The translations under genes were made by a program, and so were the position numbers. The notes under the pieces were generated by a model that saw only the letters and a program-made list of their open reading frames with translations, made no database searches and was not told where the DNA came from. A stretch of 64,000 bases of DNA from an uncultured Acidimicrobiales bacterium (lineage in GTDB: Bacteria > Actinomycetota > Acidimicrobiia > Acidimicrobiales > SHLQ01): assembly GCA_964562985.1 (NCBI GenBank), contig CAZLWE010000013.1, forward strand, positions 255 through 64,254, given 5' to 3'. Positions 33,063-42,496 of the stretch are shown in pieces. Position 1 is the stretch's first letter. Each line of letters opens with the position of its first letter.

Positions 33063-33552
33063 ATGGTTGCTGCTGTTGCTGTGCTAGTGCTTGTCATCGG
33101 AGCAGTCTGGTTGGCTCGACTCGGCTGGCGAGGCGGCACCGACGGGCCGGTGATTACCTCTCCTCGAGGATTCTTTAGCGGCGGCGGCCAGGCCGCACTC
33201 ATCAGCGGTGGAAATTTTCATCGAGGACGGCTGCACATTCCTAACGAGTGACGGTGGGACGTCCCGTACGGCTGTGGTGTTCCCTGCTGGCACTCGCTGG
33301 TCCGAAAGCGACCAGACAATCCGAATCGGTGGCGAGTCGGTAGCTGTAGGGGGCACCATCCAAGGTGCTGGCGGATTCAGCGGCGGCGAAGCATTGCGAA
33401 TCAACGCGGGCGATGCCGCATTCGACGCGGTAAGCCGCTGCCTCGAGCAAGCTGGAGATGCGCCCGACGGTGAGCCGGCCGCGGCAGCCGTGTTCAATCA
33501 GGCGATCTTTCCCTTCGGTGGCTCAGAGGTCACGATCACCGAGCCGGGCTGA
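33063..33552 (+). pseudogene. possible frameshifted gene for a small membrane-anchored/secreted protein
   Basis: ORF 33063..33251 supplies only a TM/signal segment. ORF 33208..33552 (open from 33154, in the +1 frame) supplies the remainder. Deleting one G near 33207-33210 would join them. Confidence 0.3.
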
Positions 33553-33593
33553 CGGTTAGTTGTCGAGGAGCCTGCTGTGCCGGTCGTTGGTAT

Positions 33594-34307
33594 TCACTCG
33601 ACGATTTCATTCACCGAGGAGCGACGCCAGACGAACTTAGCGTCGGTCATGAGCAGCGTCTCCGCGGGTTCAGCAGTCGTGAATCCGTTGAGGTAGTCAG
33701 ATTCCAGCGACGTGAGCTCCACCACGTGTGCCAGTGGGCTCGCTGGGCATAGCTCGGCGTATTCGATAGAGCCAGCTCGGTGACCGGGTGAGATACCAAG
33801 TTCAGTTCCGATCACGATTTCGGCCACCTCGGAGGTCGCCACCCGTGCGGTTGCGCGGTCTGCGGTCGCGCTGATGTTGAACCCCTCGCCACCCTGAATC
33901 GACCAGGACACGAAGGCTTCGTCGCACACCGCGTCAATCTCCGCCCGGTGGTGGACACCCGGGAGTAGCCGGCCACCGGCCATGACCGGCAGCAAGCCAT
34001 CGCTATGGCGACTCGGAACATAGACCGCGCGCTCAGCGCAACCATCGCGAGAGACGACCTCCGCCGAGATCCGATGCGCTGCGGCACGCTGTGACAGTCC
34101 GACTTTCGAGGGCATTGGCCATGGACGAGCCGAGTTGATCTCCAACAGGCAGCAACCGACCACTACCCCGCCAGTGGAAGACACGTGTGGGCGAAGTCCA
34201 TCCGGTAGACGAGATGCAGCCTCCGCGGGGTCGACCAGCTGGTTGATGAGCAACCGATGTCGAATCACTCCAATCAGGTCGCCGGGGCCAGCACTTTGTA
34301 CTTCCAT
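33594..34307 (-). CDS. hypothetical protein, DUF2071-like (acetoacetate decarboxylase-like fold)
   Basis: 237 aa. The N-terminal pattern RHRLLINQLVDPAEAASRLPDGLRP resembles DUF2071 proteins. The assignment is tentative. Confidence 0.5.
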   Translation of the reverse strand: MEVQSAGPGDLIGVIRHRLLINQLVDPAEAASRLPDGLRPHVSSTGGVVVGCCLLEINSARPWPMPSKVGLSQRAAAHRISAEVVSRDGCAERAVYVPSRHSDGLLPVMAGGRLLPGVHHRAEIDAVCDEAFVSWSIQGGEGFNISATADRATARVATSEVAEIVIGTELGISPGHRAGSIEYAELCPASPLAHVVELTSLESDYLNGFTTAEPAETLLMTDAKFVWRRSSVNEIVE

Positions 34308-34389
34308 GATTCAATCATAACAATAATTAAGCACTCGCTCAACTTTCCTTCTTGACCGCGCCGACCAGACTGCCCTAGACCAAAAGTGC

Positions 34390-34917
34390 ATGGAAGCCTT
34401 TGTCGACATGTTGCGCGGCGATACCAACTCTCTTGGACGCACCGAGGAAGTCACCGCGATCGTCATCGCCAACCCAACACGAGCCGCCGAGGTGTACGAC
34501 TGCTTCTTTCAAGACGATGAATGGGTCCGCCTTCGTGCAGCGAGCACGTCGAAACGGCTCTGGCGCCACGACATCGACCTCTTTGCGCCATTCATCCAAG
34601 GCTGGATCGAGGACGTGTCCGCCATCGATCAGCCGTCAACACAATGGACGTTCGCCCAGATGTGCGAAGAATGCGATCATGCCCTCTCCGATGAGCAACG
34701 CAAACGAGCCATCGAAATCATCAGCGACTATCTAGCGGAAAAAGACGACTGGATCGTCCTCAACTCGTCGATGTCGACCCTCGCCTCGTGGGCGAAGACC
34801 AGACCTGACCTCGCGGTGGCCATCACACCGCATCTCAAACGCCGACAACACGATGACCGCAAGTCCGTCGCAAAGCGAGCAACCAAGGCCCTCGGGCAAC
34901 TGGAACCCTCGTCCTAG
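34390..34917 (+). CDS. hypothetical all-alpha (HEAT/ARM-like) protein
   Basis: 175 aa. Helical-repeat character, possibly related to the AlkD-like DNA alkylation repair family. Not confirmed. Confidence 0.5.
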   Translation: MEAFVDMLRGDTNSLGRTEEVTAIVIANPTRAAEVYDCFFQDDEWVRLRAASTSKRLWRHDIDLFAPFIQGWIEDVSAIDQPSTQWTFAQMCEECDHALSDEQRKRAIEIISDYLAEKDDWIVLNSSMSTLASWAKTRPDLAVAITPHLKRRQHDDRKSVAKRATKALGQLEPSS

Positions 34918-34945
34918 CCGATGGCGGGAAACGCCGTCGCCGTCG

Positions 34946-35674
34946 TCACCGCCCTCGCGACCTAGGCGGGCCGTCTCCCCGGAGCTCCTTCGCTTCGTCA
35001 AAGAGTTCTTGGAGGCGTTGTCGCAGCAACTCGGTGTGGGCCTTGACCGCACTTCGTGGGACCCGGCCCTTGTCGTTCTGCTCGGGTGGGGCGAGTGGCT
35101 CGCCAATGACGAACACCAACTTCACGGGGTAGATGAACTTCTTGCCTTTGGGCATCGCCTCAGCGGTCTCTGCAATGCCCACCGGCACGATCGGAACCTG
35201 CGCTCGCCCGGCCACGAAGCTCGGACCCGAATGCATGTTCTCGGCCTGCACGATTGGGCCGGTTCGACGTGTCCCTTCGGGGAACATCACCAGCGTCTCA
35301 CCACGGGCCAAAATGCCCTCGGCGGCTGCCATCGCCGAACGATCGGCAGTCTCACGCTCAACCGGGAATCCACCCATCATCGTCAGGAACCAGCTGGAGA
35401 AGGCGTTTACCTTCCACAGAGACTCCTTGCCCATGAAACGGATCTGCTCCCTACGGATCAAGGTAACCAGCGGGGTGTCGAGGTTCGACCGATGGACCGG
35501 GCTCAAGATGAACGCGTGATCTTCAGGCAGGTTCTCCCGACCATGCACCTCGTAGCGGAACCAAAGCTTCGCTGCGCCCGAGAGCGCGGCTTTGCAAACG
35601 TCCCACGCCAACCGGTCACGCCGGCGAAGCGTGCCGCCGTATCGATCGATCGTGTACTGGGTCGAGGCGGTCAC
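34946..35674 (-). CDS. plsC: 1-acyl-sn-glycerol-3-phosphate acyltransferase
   Basis: HRSNLD (HxxxxD) and FPEGTR motifs. GTG 35674 overlaps the upstream TGA (GTGA). The ORF-track extension to 35977 lies inside the cmk part of the upstream gene. Confidence 0.8.
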   Translation of the reverse strand: MTASTQYTIDRYGGTLRRRDRLAWDVCKAALSGAAKLWFRYEVHGRENLPEDHAFILSPVHRSNLDTPLVTLIRREQIRFMGKESLWKVNAFSSWFLTMMGGFPVERETADRSAMAAAEGILARGETLVMFPEGTRRTGPIVQAENMHSGPSFVAGRAQVPIVPVGIAETAEAMPKGKKFIYPVKLVFVIGEPLAPPEQNDKGRVPRSAVKAHTELLRQRLQELFDEAKELRGDGPPRSRGR

Positions 35675-37590
35675 GGCTGCTCCCACGCCATAGCGATTGC
35701 GTCCATCACCTCGTCGGTGGTCATCGATGTGGTGTCGATGACGATCGCTCCATCGGCGACCATGAGCGGGTCGGTCTCGCGCGTCATGTCCAGATGATCG
35801 CGCTCGGCGATCCTCGCTTCCATCGCCGCAACGTCGTCGTCGCCGGTTTCGGCGCAACGGCGCCGCGCCCGCTCTTGCACGGTGGCGTCGAGATAGATCT
35901 TCACCGTGGCGTCGGGGAACACGGCCGTTCCGATGTCTCGACCCTCTAGAACGGCCGCACCCCGTGCGCCAGCCCACGCTCGCTGCGCTGCCACGAGCAC
36001 CTTTCGAACGCCTGGGTTCGCGGCGACTACGGAGACATTGGCGGTTACCTCAGGCTCGCGAATCGCAGCGGTCACGTCGACCCCGTCGATCACGACCGAT
36101 GAACGGCCCATCACAATCGTGGCGGCTTCCGCAGCGGCCGATACGGCTGCATGATCATCGAGATCGACTCCGGCTTCGAGTACCGCGTAGGTGACCGCTC
36201 GATACATCGCGCCGGTGTCGAGGTGCGGAAGTCGGAGCCGCCCAGAAACATTCTTCGCCACCGTCGACTTACCACTACCCGCCGGACCGTCGATCGCCAG
36301 AACTTGTGGTGTCGTGCTCGCCGACGCCCGCAGATCGTCGACGAAGCCCCAGAATCCCGGGAAGGTCTTCGCCACGCATCCAGGGTCGTTCACGGTGACC
36401 TCGTCGTGGGTCAACCCGATCAAGGCCATCGACATCGCCATCCGGTGGTCCTCGTAGGTCTCCACCGCAGCAGGCGTGTGTGGTCCGCCGACGACCGTGA
36501 ATCCGTCGTCATCGATGCGAGCCTCAATACCGAGCCGATTCAGTTCATCCACCGAAGCCTGCACCCGGTCAGACTCTTTGGTGGTCCGGATGAACCCGAT
36601 GCCGGTCACGCTGCTCGTGCCGCGGGCCTTGGCCGCCAACGCACCGAACGTGGGCGCGGTGTCGCTCATATCGCCCAGATCGACTGTCAGCGGCTCCAAC
36701 ACGCCACTCCCACGCACTTCGATCGAGTCCTCGTCAACCCACACGGATGCACCCATTGGATCGAGCACCCGTTTCGCAAACTCGACGTCGCCCTGCGTCG
36801 AATTCGAACCCAGGCCCAACACCTTCACTCGCCCACCGACAATCGCTGCAGCCGCGAGGGGGTAGGTGGCGGTCGAGGCGTCGGGTTCGATGTGGTACTC
36901 GGTAGGGGAATACCCCGAACCCTCGACGGTGATCTTGTTTGGCTGCGCGTTGACCTCGGCGCCGAACGCCTCCATGACCGCCACGGTCATATCGATGTAT
37001 GGCTGCGACACCGGAGTGCCGACGAGGGTGAGGTCCAACCCGTTAGGGAAAGCCGGTGCCGCCAGCAGCAAGCCCGAAATGAACTGACTCGAGACCTCGG
37101 CACCGATCGACACCTCCCGGCCCGTGATCGTGCCCGAGACGGTCATCGGCAGATTGTCGGCCCCCACCGAAGCACCAAGGTCTCGCAATGCTTGCGCCAG
37201 CTCACCCATTGGGCGTGCCCGCATCTGTTCGTGCCCGGTCAGGGTTCCTCCACCGGCGATTGCCAGGAGCGGCAACAAGAAACGAGCACTCGTACCTGAC
37301 TGGTTCGCGTCGAGATCCGCTTGGGGTATGGCGAGATCATTCCCCCGGCCCTGCACCGTCACCGTGGTGGCGTCGATCGAACACACAACGCCCAAGAGTT
37401 CGAGAGCGCCGATCATCGCCCGGGTGTCGTCGGACAGGCCGACCCCGGTGAGCGTGGACGTGCCTGCGGCCAACGCCGCAACGATCAACGCCCGGTTGGT
37501 GAGACTCTTCGAGCCGGGCAGAACAACATCGAGATCGAGCGCGCCCTCGATCGGTGTGACCGTCTTCTGACCCATCGGGGATTCGGTCAT
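35671..37590 (-). CDS. aroA: fused 3-phosphoshikimate 1-carboxyvinyltransferase / cytidylate kinase
   Basis: 639 aa. The N-terminal ~425 aa is AroA (LPGSKSLTNRALI...). The C-terminal ~210 aa is Cmk (IAIDGPAGSGKST...LDTGAMYRA). Confidence 0.9.
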   Translation of the reverse strand: MTESPMGQKTVTPIEGALDLDVVLPGSKSLTNRALIVAALAAGTSTLTGVGLSDDTRAMIGALELLGVVCSIDATTVTVQGRGNDLAIPQADLDANQSGTSARFLLPLLAIAGGGTLTGHEQMRARPMGELAQALRDLGASVGADNLPMTVSGTITGREVSIGAEVSSQFISGLLLAAPAFPNGLDLTLVGTPVSQPYIDMTVAVMEAFGAEVNAQPNKITVEGSGYSPTEYHIEPDASTATYPLAAAAIVGGRVKVLGLGSNSTQGDVEFAKRVLDPMGASVWVDEDSIEVRGSGVLEPLTVDLGDMSDTAPTFGALAAKARGTSSVTGIGFIRTTKESDRVQASVDELNRLGIEARIDDDGFTVVGGPHTPAAVETYEDHRMAMSMALIGLTHDEVTVNDPGCVAKTFPGFWGFVDDLRASASTTPQVLAIDGPAGSGKSTVAKNVSGRLRLPHLDTGAMYRAVTYAVLEAGVDLDDHAAVSAAAEAATIVMGRSSVVIDGVDVTAAIREPEVTANVSVVAANPGVRKVLVAAQRAWAGARGAAVLEGRDIGTAVFPDATVKIYLDATVQERARRRCAETGDDDVAAMEARIAERDHLDMTRETDPLMVADGAIVIDTTSMTTDEVMDAIAMAWEQP

Positions 37591-38663
37591 GACAGCGGAC
37601 GCACCGACGGACGGTAGCCCTGAGCCAACAAGCCGCCCTTGAAGACGTCGGCCACGTCGGTGTCGACCAACAACACGATCACGCCCGTTGGGCCCTCAGC
37701 GGAGTGTGCGATCTCCAAGTCGAAGATATTGACGTCGAGCTTGGCGGCCAGCCCAGTGACCGCAGCCAATTCGCCACGCTCGTCCTTGATCCGGACTCGA
37801 ACCTCCGACAACCCGGGAGGCAGCGGTGTGGATGTGGGCAGGTTGACTCTCGCAGCGCGGGCATCGGTCAGCACATCACGAATAGCCCCAGCGTCCTCCC
37901 CCGCAACCGCGTGGCGCATCTCGGTCAAACCAGCAATGACCTCGTCGAGCGCTTCGGTAATCGCGGCTGAGTTCTGTAAACAGATCGGCGGCCAAATCGT
38001 CGGCGACCCCGACGCGATCCGAGTCATGTCACGGAAACCGCCCGCAGCCAGACGCAACATGGCCAAGTGCTCGTCACTACGACGGCTCGCCAGGTTCATC
38101 AAGGTCGCGGCCGTCAGATGCGGAACATGCGACACGGTGGCGACCATACGGTCATGAGCAGCAGGCTCCAATGTGAGCGGGTCAGCCCCCAGGGCCACCA
38201 CCAACTCGTGCATCGCAGCGAACGTTTGGTCAGTGGTCTCGATCGTCGGCGTGATCACCCAGGCAGCACCCCGGAAAAGGTCTGGACGGGCCCCGCCTAG
38301 ACCACTTTGCTCTGAACCTGCCATGGGGTGCGACGGCACAAACCGCTCATGGCTCACGGCTTGGGCGATAACGCCCTTCACGCTGCCCGTGTCGGTGACC
38401 CAACCGGTCGTCTCGGCCAACGCCTGCTTCACTCCGTCTGGAACGTGATCGACGGGCGTAGCAACCACCGTCAAGGCTGCATCAGCCGGTAAGCCCTCGC
38501 GTTCGATGATTCCATCGGCGACAGCCCGCTCAACGGCGGCTTCATCCTGGTCGATTCCGCCAACCACATAGCCAAGATCGCGCAACGCAAGCGCCACGCT
38601 TCCCCCGATCAGCCCCAGGCCAATCACCCCAGCAGTTTTCTGACTCGACACCACATCAGACAT
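37587..38663 (-). CDS. tyrA: prephenate dehydrogenase with C-terminal ACT-like domain
   Basis: 358 aa. GVIGLGLIGGSVALAL Rossmann motif and HPMAGSE catalytic motif. Confidence 0.85.
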   Translation of the reverse strand: MSDVVSSQKTAGVIGLGLIGGSVALALRDLGYVVGGIDQDEAAVERAVADGIIEREGLPADAALTVVATPVDHVPDGVKQALAETTGWVTDTGSVKGVIAQAVSHERFVPSHPMAGSEQSGLGGARPDLFRGAAWVITPTIETTDQTFAAMHELVVALGADPLTLEPAAHDRMVATVSHVPHLTAATLMNLASRRSDEHLAMLRLAAGGFRDMTRIASGSPTIWPPICLQNSAAITEALDEVIAGLTEMRHAVAGEDAGAIRDVLTDARAARVNLPTSTPLPPGLSEVRVRIKDERGELAAVTGLAAKLDVNIFDLEIAHSAEGPTGVIVLLVDTDVADVFKGGLLAQGYRPSVRPLS

Positions 38664-38698
38664 AGCCCGAAAGCCTACCGTCTGCTGCGTGAGTGGAG

Positions 38699-39463
38699 TT
38701 AGGCGTCGCCGGCGTTCTCACCGTCAGCAGCAACGCTCGCATCAGCGATCGCCGCCTCGATCTCACGAAGCTCGGCTCCGGTGACATCTCGCCACTCCCC
38801 TGGACCCAGCGTCGTGTCGGTGATCGTACCGATGCGGGTTCGCACCAAGCGCGCAACCGGATGGCCGACGGCTTCGCACATGCGCCGGATCTGCCGGTTG
38901 CGGCCCTCGTGTATCACGAACCGCAGCAATCCCGGCTGTAGCTCGGACACCTTCGCTGGCGACGTCACGCCATCGTCGAGTTCCACACCCTCGCGCAGCG
39001 TCCGTAGCGCACCAGGCTTGGGTGAGCCCTCCACACTGACGAGGTATTCCTTGTCGACGCCGAACGAGGGATGGGTCAGGCGTTGGGTGAGCCCGCCATC
39101 ATTGGTCAACAGGATCAGCCCCTCACTGTCAGCATCGAGGCGACCCACGGGAAACAGTCGCTCTTCCGCCCCGATCAGATCCACGACGGTCTCGCGATCA
39201 TGTGTGTCTTCGGCCGTAGAAATCACGCCCACCGGCTTGTTCAGCAGGACCGTCCTTCGGGTGGGATCCACCGAGACCACAACGCCGTCGACTCGCAGCT
39301 CGTCGACGAGCGGGTCAACCTTGTCGCCCAAGGTCGCTATCTCGCCATTCACCGTGATGCGTTCTTCCTCGATCATGTCCTCACAGACACGCCTGGAAGC
39401 CACACCCGCCGCGGCCAGAACCTTCTGAACCCGTTGTTTAGGGGCGGGTTCGCCTCCGCTCAT
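38699..39463 (-). CDS. rluB: pseudouridine synthase (RsuA/RluB family) with S4 domain
   Basis: RVQKVLAAAGVASRR S4 start and GRLDADSEGLILLTNDG catalytic motif. Confidence 0.85.
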   Translation of the reverse strand: MSGGEPAPKQRVQKVLAAAGVASRRVCEDMIEEERITVNGEIATLGDKVDPLVDELRVDGVVVSVDPTRRTVLLNKPVGVISTAEDTHDRETVVDLIGAEERLFPVGRLDADSEGLILLTNDGGLTQRLTHPSFGVDKEYLVSVEGSPKPGALRTLREGVELDDGVTSPAKVSELQPGLLRFVIHEGRNRQIRRMCEAVGHPVARLVRTRIGTITDTTLGPGEWRDVTGAELREIEAAIADASVAADGENAGDA

Positions 39464-40182
39464 TCGGCTGAGGAATCTACGATGACCTCGTCGCGCAGAT
39501 CGATAACCACTTCGTCCGCGCTGACCTCGGCCGGTTGAGCGTCGGAGGTCTCCTCGGCGGCCACCTCAGGAATTTCGGGATCGAAGCGCAAGCCGTTCTC
39601 CAACGCCTCCACGATGTCCGGCTCGGGTACGAAGTCGCCCAACTCGGGGAGGTCGACGATCGAGTCGATATTGAGCCGCTCAAGGAAGAGCGCCGTCGTG
39701 CCATACATCACCGCTTGTCCTGGACCGGGGTCCCGAGAGACCTCGGCAATGTAGCCACGAGTGTTCAAGGTCCGCATTACGGCATCTACCGACACGCCAC
39801 GGATCGCGGCAACCTGTGCTCGCGAAATGGGCTGCTTGTAGGCAACGATGGCCAACGTTTCGAGCGCTGCGGCCGACAGACGCGCTACCTGGCCCTCCAA
39901 GACGAATCGCTCCACGTACGCGGCCTGCTCGGGATGACTTTGGTATCGGTAACCACCGGCCACCCGTGCGAGCACGAATCCTCGACCCGAGTCTCGGTAC
40001 TGTTGGTCGAGGGCCGCACATGCGGCCTCGACGTCGTCGATCGTCGTCTCCACAAGCTGAGCCAACAGCCGCGGTTCGATCGGCCGCTCGGCGACCATCA
40101 AGACCGCCTCGATCGCGGCCATCAACTCATCGGGCAGGACGGCCGTGTCTTGCGAACCGTTCCTATTCACCGTGTCGGTCAT
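39460..40182 (-). CDS. scpB: SMC-Scp complex subunit ScpB
   Basis: 240 aa with a typical winged-helix pair and an acidic tail. It sits in scpA-scpB-rluB synteny. Confidence 0.9.
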   Translation of the reverse strand: MTDTVNRNGSQDTAVLPDELMAAIEAVLMVAERPIEPRLLAQLVETTIDDVEAACAALDQQYRDSGRGFVLARVAGGYRYQSHPEQAAYVERFVLEGQVARLSAAALETLAIVAYKQPISRAQVAAIRGVSVDAVMRTLNTRGYIAEVSRDPGPGQAVMYGTTALFLERLNIDSIVDLPELGDFVPEPDIVEALENGLRFDPEIPEVAAEETSDAQPAEVSADEVVIDLRDEVIVDSSAE

Positions 40183-40958
40183 CCGTCGTACCTATCAATT
40201 GCCAAAGCTTCGAGGGCACCGGCGGGGTCGCCACCGGTCCACTGCAGTTCAATATCGCCAAACGCCCGCGCTTGGGTGATGTCGATCATGCCCTGCTTAA
40301 ACAGTTCCAAGATGGCCAAGAATCGCACCACCACTTCGAGCCGATCGACGAGATTCGATGTGAGCGAGCGGAAGGTCACCAACCCGGCGCCAGGCAACTC
40401 GTCTACGAACTCGCGAACCGCGTCTTCCACCGACGCCGTAACCGGACTCACATGGTAGAGGTCAAGTACGGGCTCGGGCTTGGGCGTGAGCGCCCGGATA
40501 CAGGCGGCCCGCAAGTCGTCCACGTCGATTCCCTCGAGCAGATCGGGGGCCACGTGCATAAAACGCTCTTCGATCCCCGCAACGCGGGGATACGTGCGGC
40601 GACCCGCGTCGTGCAACTGCCGCAGTATCGATGCCGCGTCCTTGAACGTCTTGCACTCCACAAGGCGCGACAACAAAAGGTCCCGCTCTTCAAAGAGCGC
40701 TAGCTCATCGTCCAGGTCGATGTCGTCGTTATCTGGAAGCAGCCGTCGAGCCTTGAGTTCCACCAACGTGGCGGCGATCAACAAGAACTCGGTGGCAACC
40801 TCCAGGTCGAGTTGTTCCATCCGCTCGATCTCGACCAGGTACGCGTCGACGATGGTCGCCAATGAGATGTCGTACAGTTCAACTTCTTCGGAAAGGATGA
40901 GGTGCAACAACAGGTCGAAGGGACCGTTGAACACCTGGGTTTCGACCTCGTAGGACAT
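40179..40958 (-). CDS. scpA: segregation and condensation protein A
   Basis: Start at ATG 40958 ([21 protein letters not shown]). The ORF opens at 41027. Confidence 0.85.
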   Translation of the reverse strand: MSYEVETQVFNGPFDLLLHLILSEEVELYDISLATIVDAYLVEIERMEQLDLEVATEFLLIAATLVELKARRLLPDNDDIDLDDELALFEERDLLLSRLVECKTFKDAASILRQLHDAGRRTYPRVAGIEERFMHVAPDLLEGIDVDDLRAACIRALTPKPEPVLDLYHVSPVTASVEDAVREFVDELPGAGLVTFRSLTSNLVDRLEVVVRFLAILELFKQGMIDITQARAFGDIELQWTGGDPAGALEALAIDRYDG

Positions 40959-41020
40959 CGGAGCCGATCGTATCGTCCGTGGGTCCGTCTCGACATCACG
41001 GGCGCCCCTACGATTGCGCC

Positions 41021-42382
41021 GTGTCACGCGCGCTCGTCTGGTTTCGAAACGACCTCCGCCTCGAAGCGAACCCCGCGTTTGCCAATGCGACCGCCCAACA
41101 CGACGAGGTCGCGTGCGTGGTGATCCTCGACCGACGCATCCTCGCGAACGTGGGTCCCTTCAGGAGGGCGATGTTTCTCGCGAACGTCGCTGCTCTCCGA
41201 GACGACGTCGCCTCCGCCGGAGGAAATCTCCATGTCCTATCCGACAATCCCGTCGACACACTGGTGGCACTCTGCGCCGAGCACCAGGTCGATGCGTTCT
41301 ACGCGAACCACGCAGCGTCCGGCTTCGCCCAAGCGCGAGATCGCCAGGTTCGAGAACGCATTGGCCCCCCAGTCATCGGGTCGTGGGGAACGCTCATTAC
41401 CGAACCCGGCACCGTCCTGACACAGAAAGGCACGCTGTCACGGGTTTTCACCCCGTTCTGGAAGAAGTGGGCGCAAGCCTCACTCCCCGACCTCCCCAAA
41501 CCCGGTTCGGCCAACCTCATTGCGCTCGATGGCCTAGTGGACCTCGACGTGACCTTCGATGATCCACCCCTTCCCGCCGGAAACGACGCCGCCCATGCCC
41601 GTCTCGCCACCTGGCTCGACGTCGTCGAGGACTACCCGACGACCCGAGATCTCCCCGCCATTGCCGGCACCTCGGCGCTATCTGCAGACCTGCGATTCGG
41701 CACGATCTCCCCTCGTACAGTGCTCGATGTGGTCGGCACCGCAACGTCAGGTCGCGAATCCTTCGTCCGCCAACTCGCCTGGCGCGACTGGTACGCCCAC
41801 CTGCTCTTCGAGACGCCGTCCATGATCACCAAGGCGGTCCGCCCGCAATATGACAACATCGAATGGGCCCGCGACCCTGACGGCCTCGCCGCTTGGCAGG
41901 AGGGTCGAACGGGGTACCCAATCGTCGATGCGGGAATGCGCCAACTCGCAAGCACGGGTTGGATGCACAACCGCGTACGCATGATCGTCGGCTCGTTCCT
42001 CGTCAAGGATCTCCTCATCGACTGGCGCGAGGGCGAACGTTGGTTTCGGCGAATGCTCATCGATGGCGAACCATCCCAGAACGCCGGAAACTGGCAATGG
42101 GTGGCGGGCACCGGCACCGATGCCGCTCCCTACTTCCGGATTTTCAACCCCATCTCCCAAAGCCGAAAGTTCGATGCCTCAGGCGACTACATCCGTCGAT
42201 GGGTTCCCGAACTACGCGACCTCGACGCCAAGACCATCCACGCCCCCTGGGTAGCAGGCCCTCTCGACCTGGCTGCGGCCAACGTGATCCTCGGCGACAC
42301 CTACCCCGCGCCCATCATCGATCACGCCTTCGCCCGAGACCGCACCCTAACCGCTTACAAACGGGCGCTCGGCAAGGACTGA
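41021..42382 (+). CDS. phr: deoxyribodipyrimidine photolyase / cryptochrome family protein
   Basis: [11 protein letters not shown]-terminus, with WREF-type and [13 protein letters not shown]...[12 protein letters not shown]-binding motifs. GTG 41021 chosen. Confidence 0.85.
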   Translation: MSRALVWFRNDLRLEANPAFANATAQHDEVACVVILDRRILANVGPFRRAMFLANVAALRDDVASAGGNLHVLSDNPVDTLVALCAEHQVDAFYANHAASGFAQARDRQVRERIGPPVIGSWGTLITEPGTVLTQKGTLSRVFTPFWKKWAQASLPDLPKPGSANLIALDGLVDLDVTFDDPPLPAGNDAAHARLATWLDVVEDYPTTRDLPAIAGTSALSADLRFGTISPRTVLDVVGTATSGRESFVRQLAWRDWYAHLLFETPSMITKAVRPQYDNIEWARDPDGLAAWQEGRTGYPIVDAGMRQLASTGWMHNRVRMIVGSFLVKDLLIDWREGERWFRRMLIDGEPSQNAGNWQWVAGTGTDAAPYFRIFNPISQSRKFDASGDYIRRWVPELRDLDAKTIHAPWVAGPLDLAAANVILGDTYPAPIIDHAFARDRTLTAYKRALGKD

Positions 42383-42496
42383 GAAAATTCCGCAGAGCAC
42401 ACCGAGCCGAAGGCGAATGTGCGATTGCGGCGAGAAATTGGGGCGAACGCGTGCCGCCAAAATTGGGGCGCAGTCCTTGGCGGCTAAGCCTTCGCC

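Noticed and set aside
34946-35977. A 343-aa version of the acyltransferase ORF with an Arg-rich N-terminal extension
   Set aside because: The extension overlaps the cytidylate kinase part of the upstream gene in another frame. GTG 35674, overlapping the upstream TGA, gives a normal-length PlsC.
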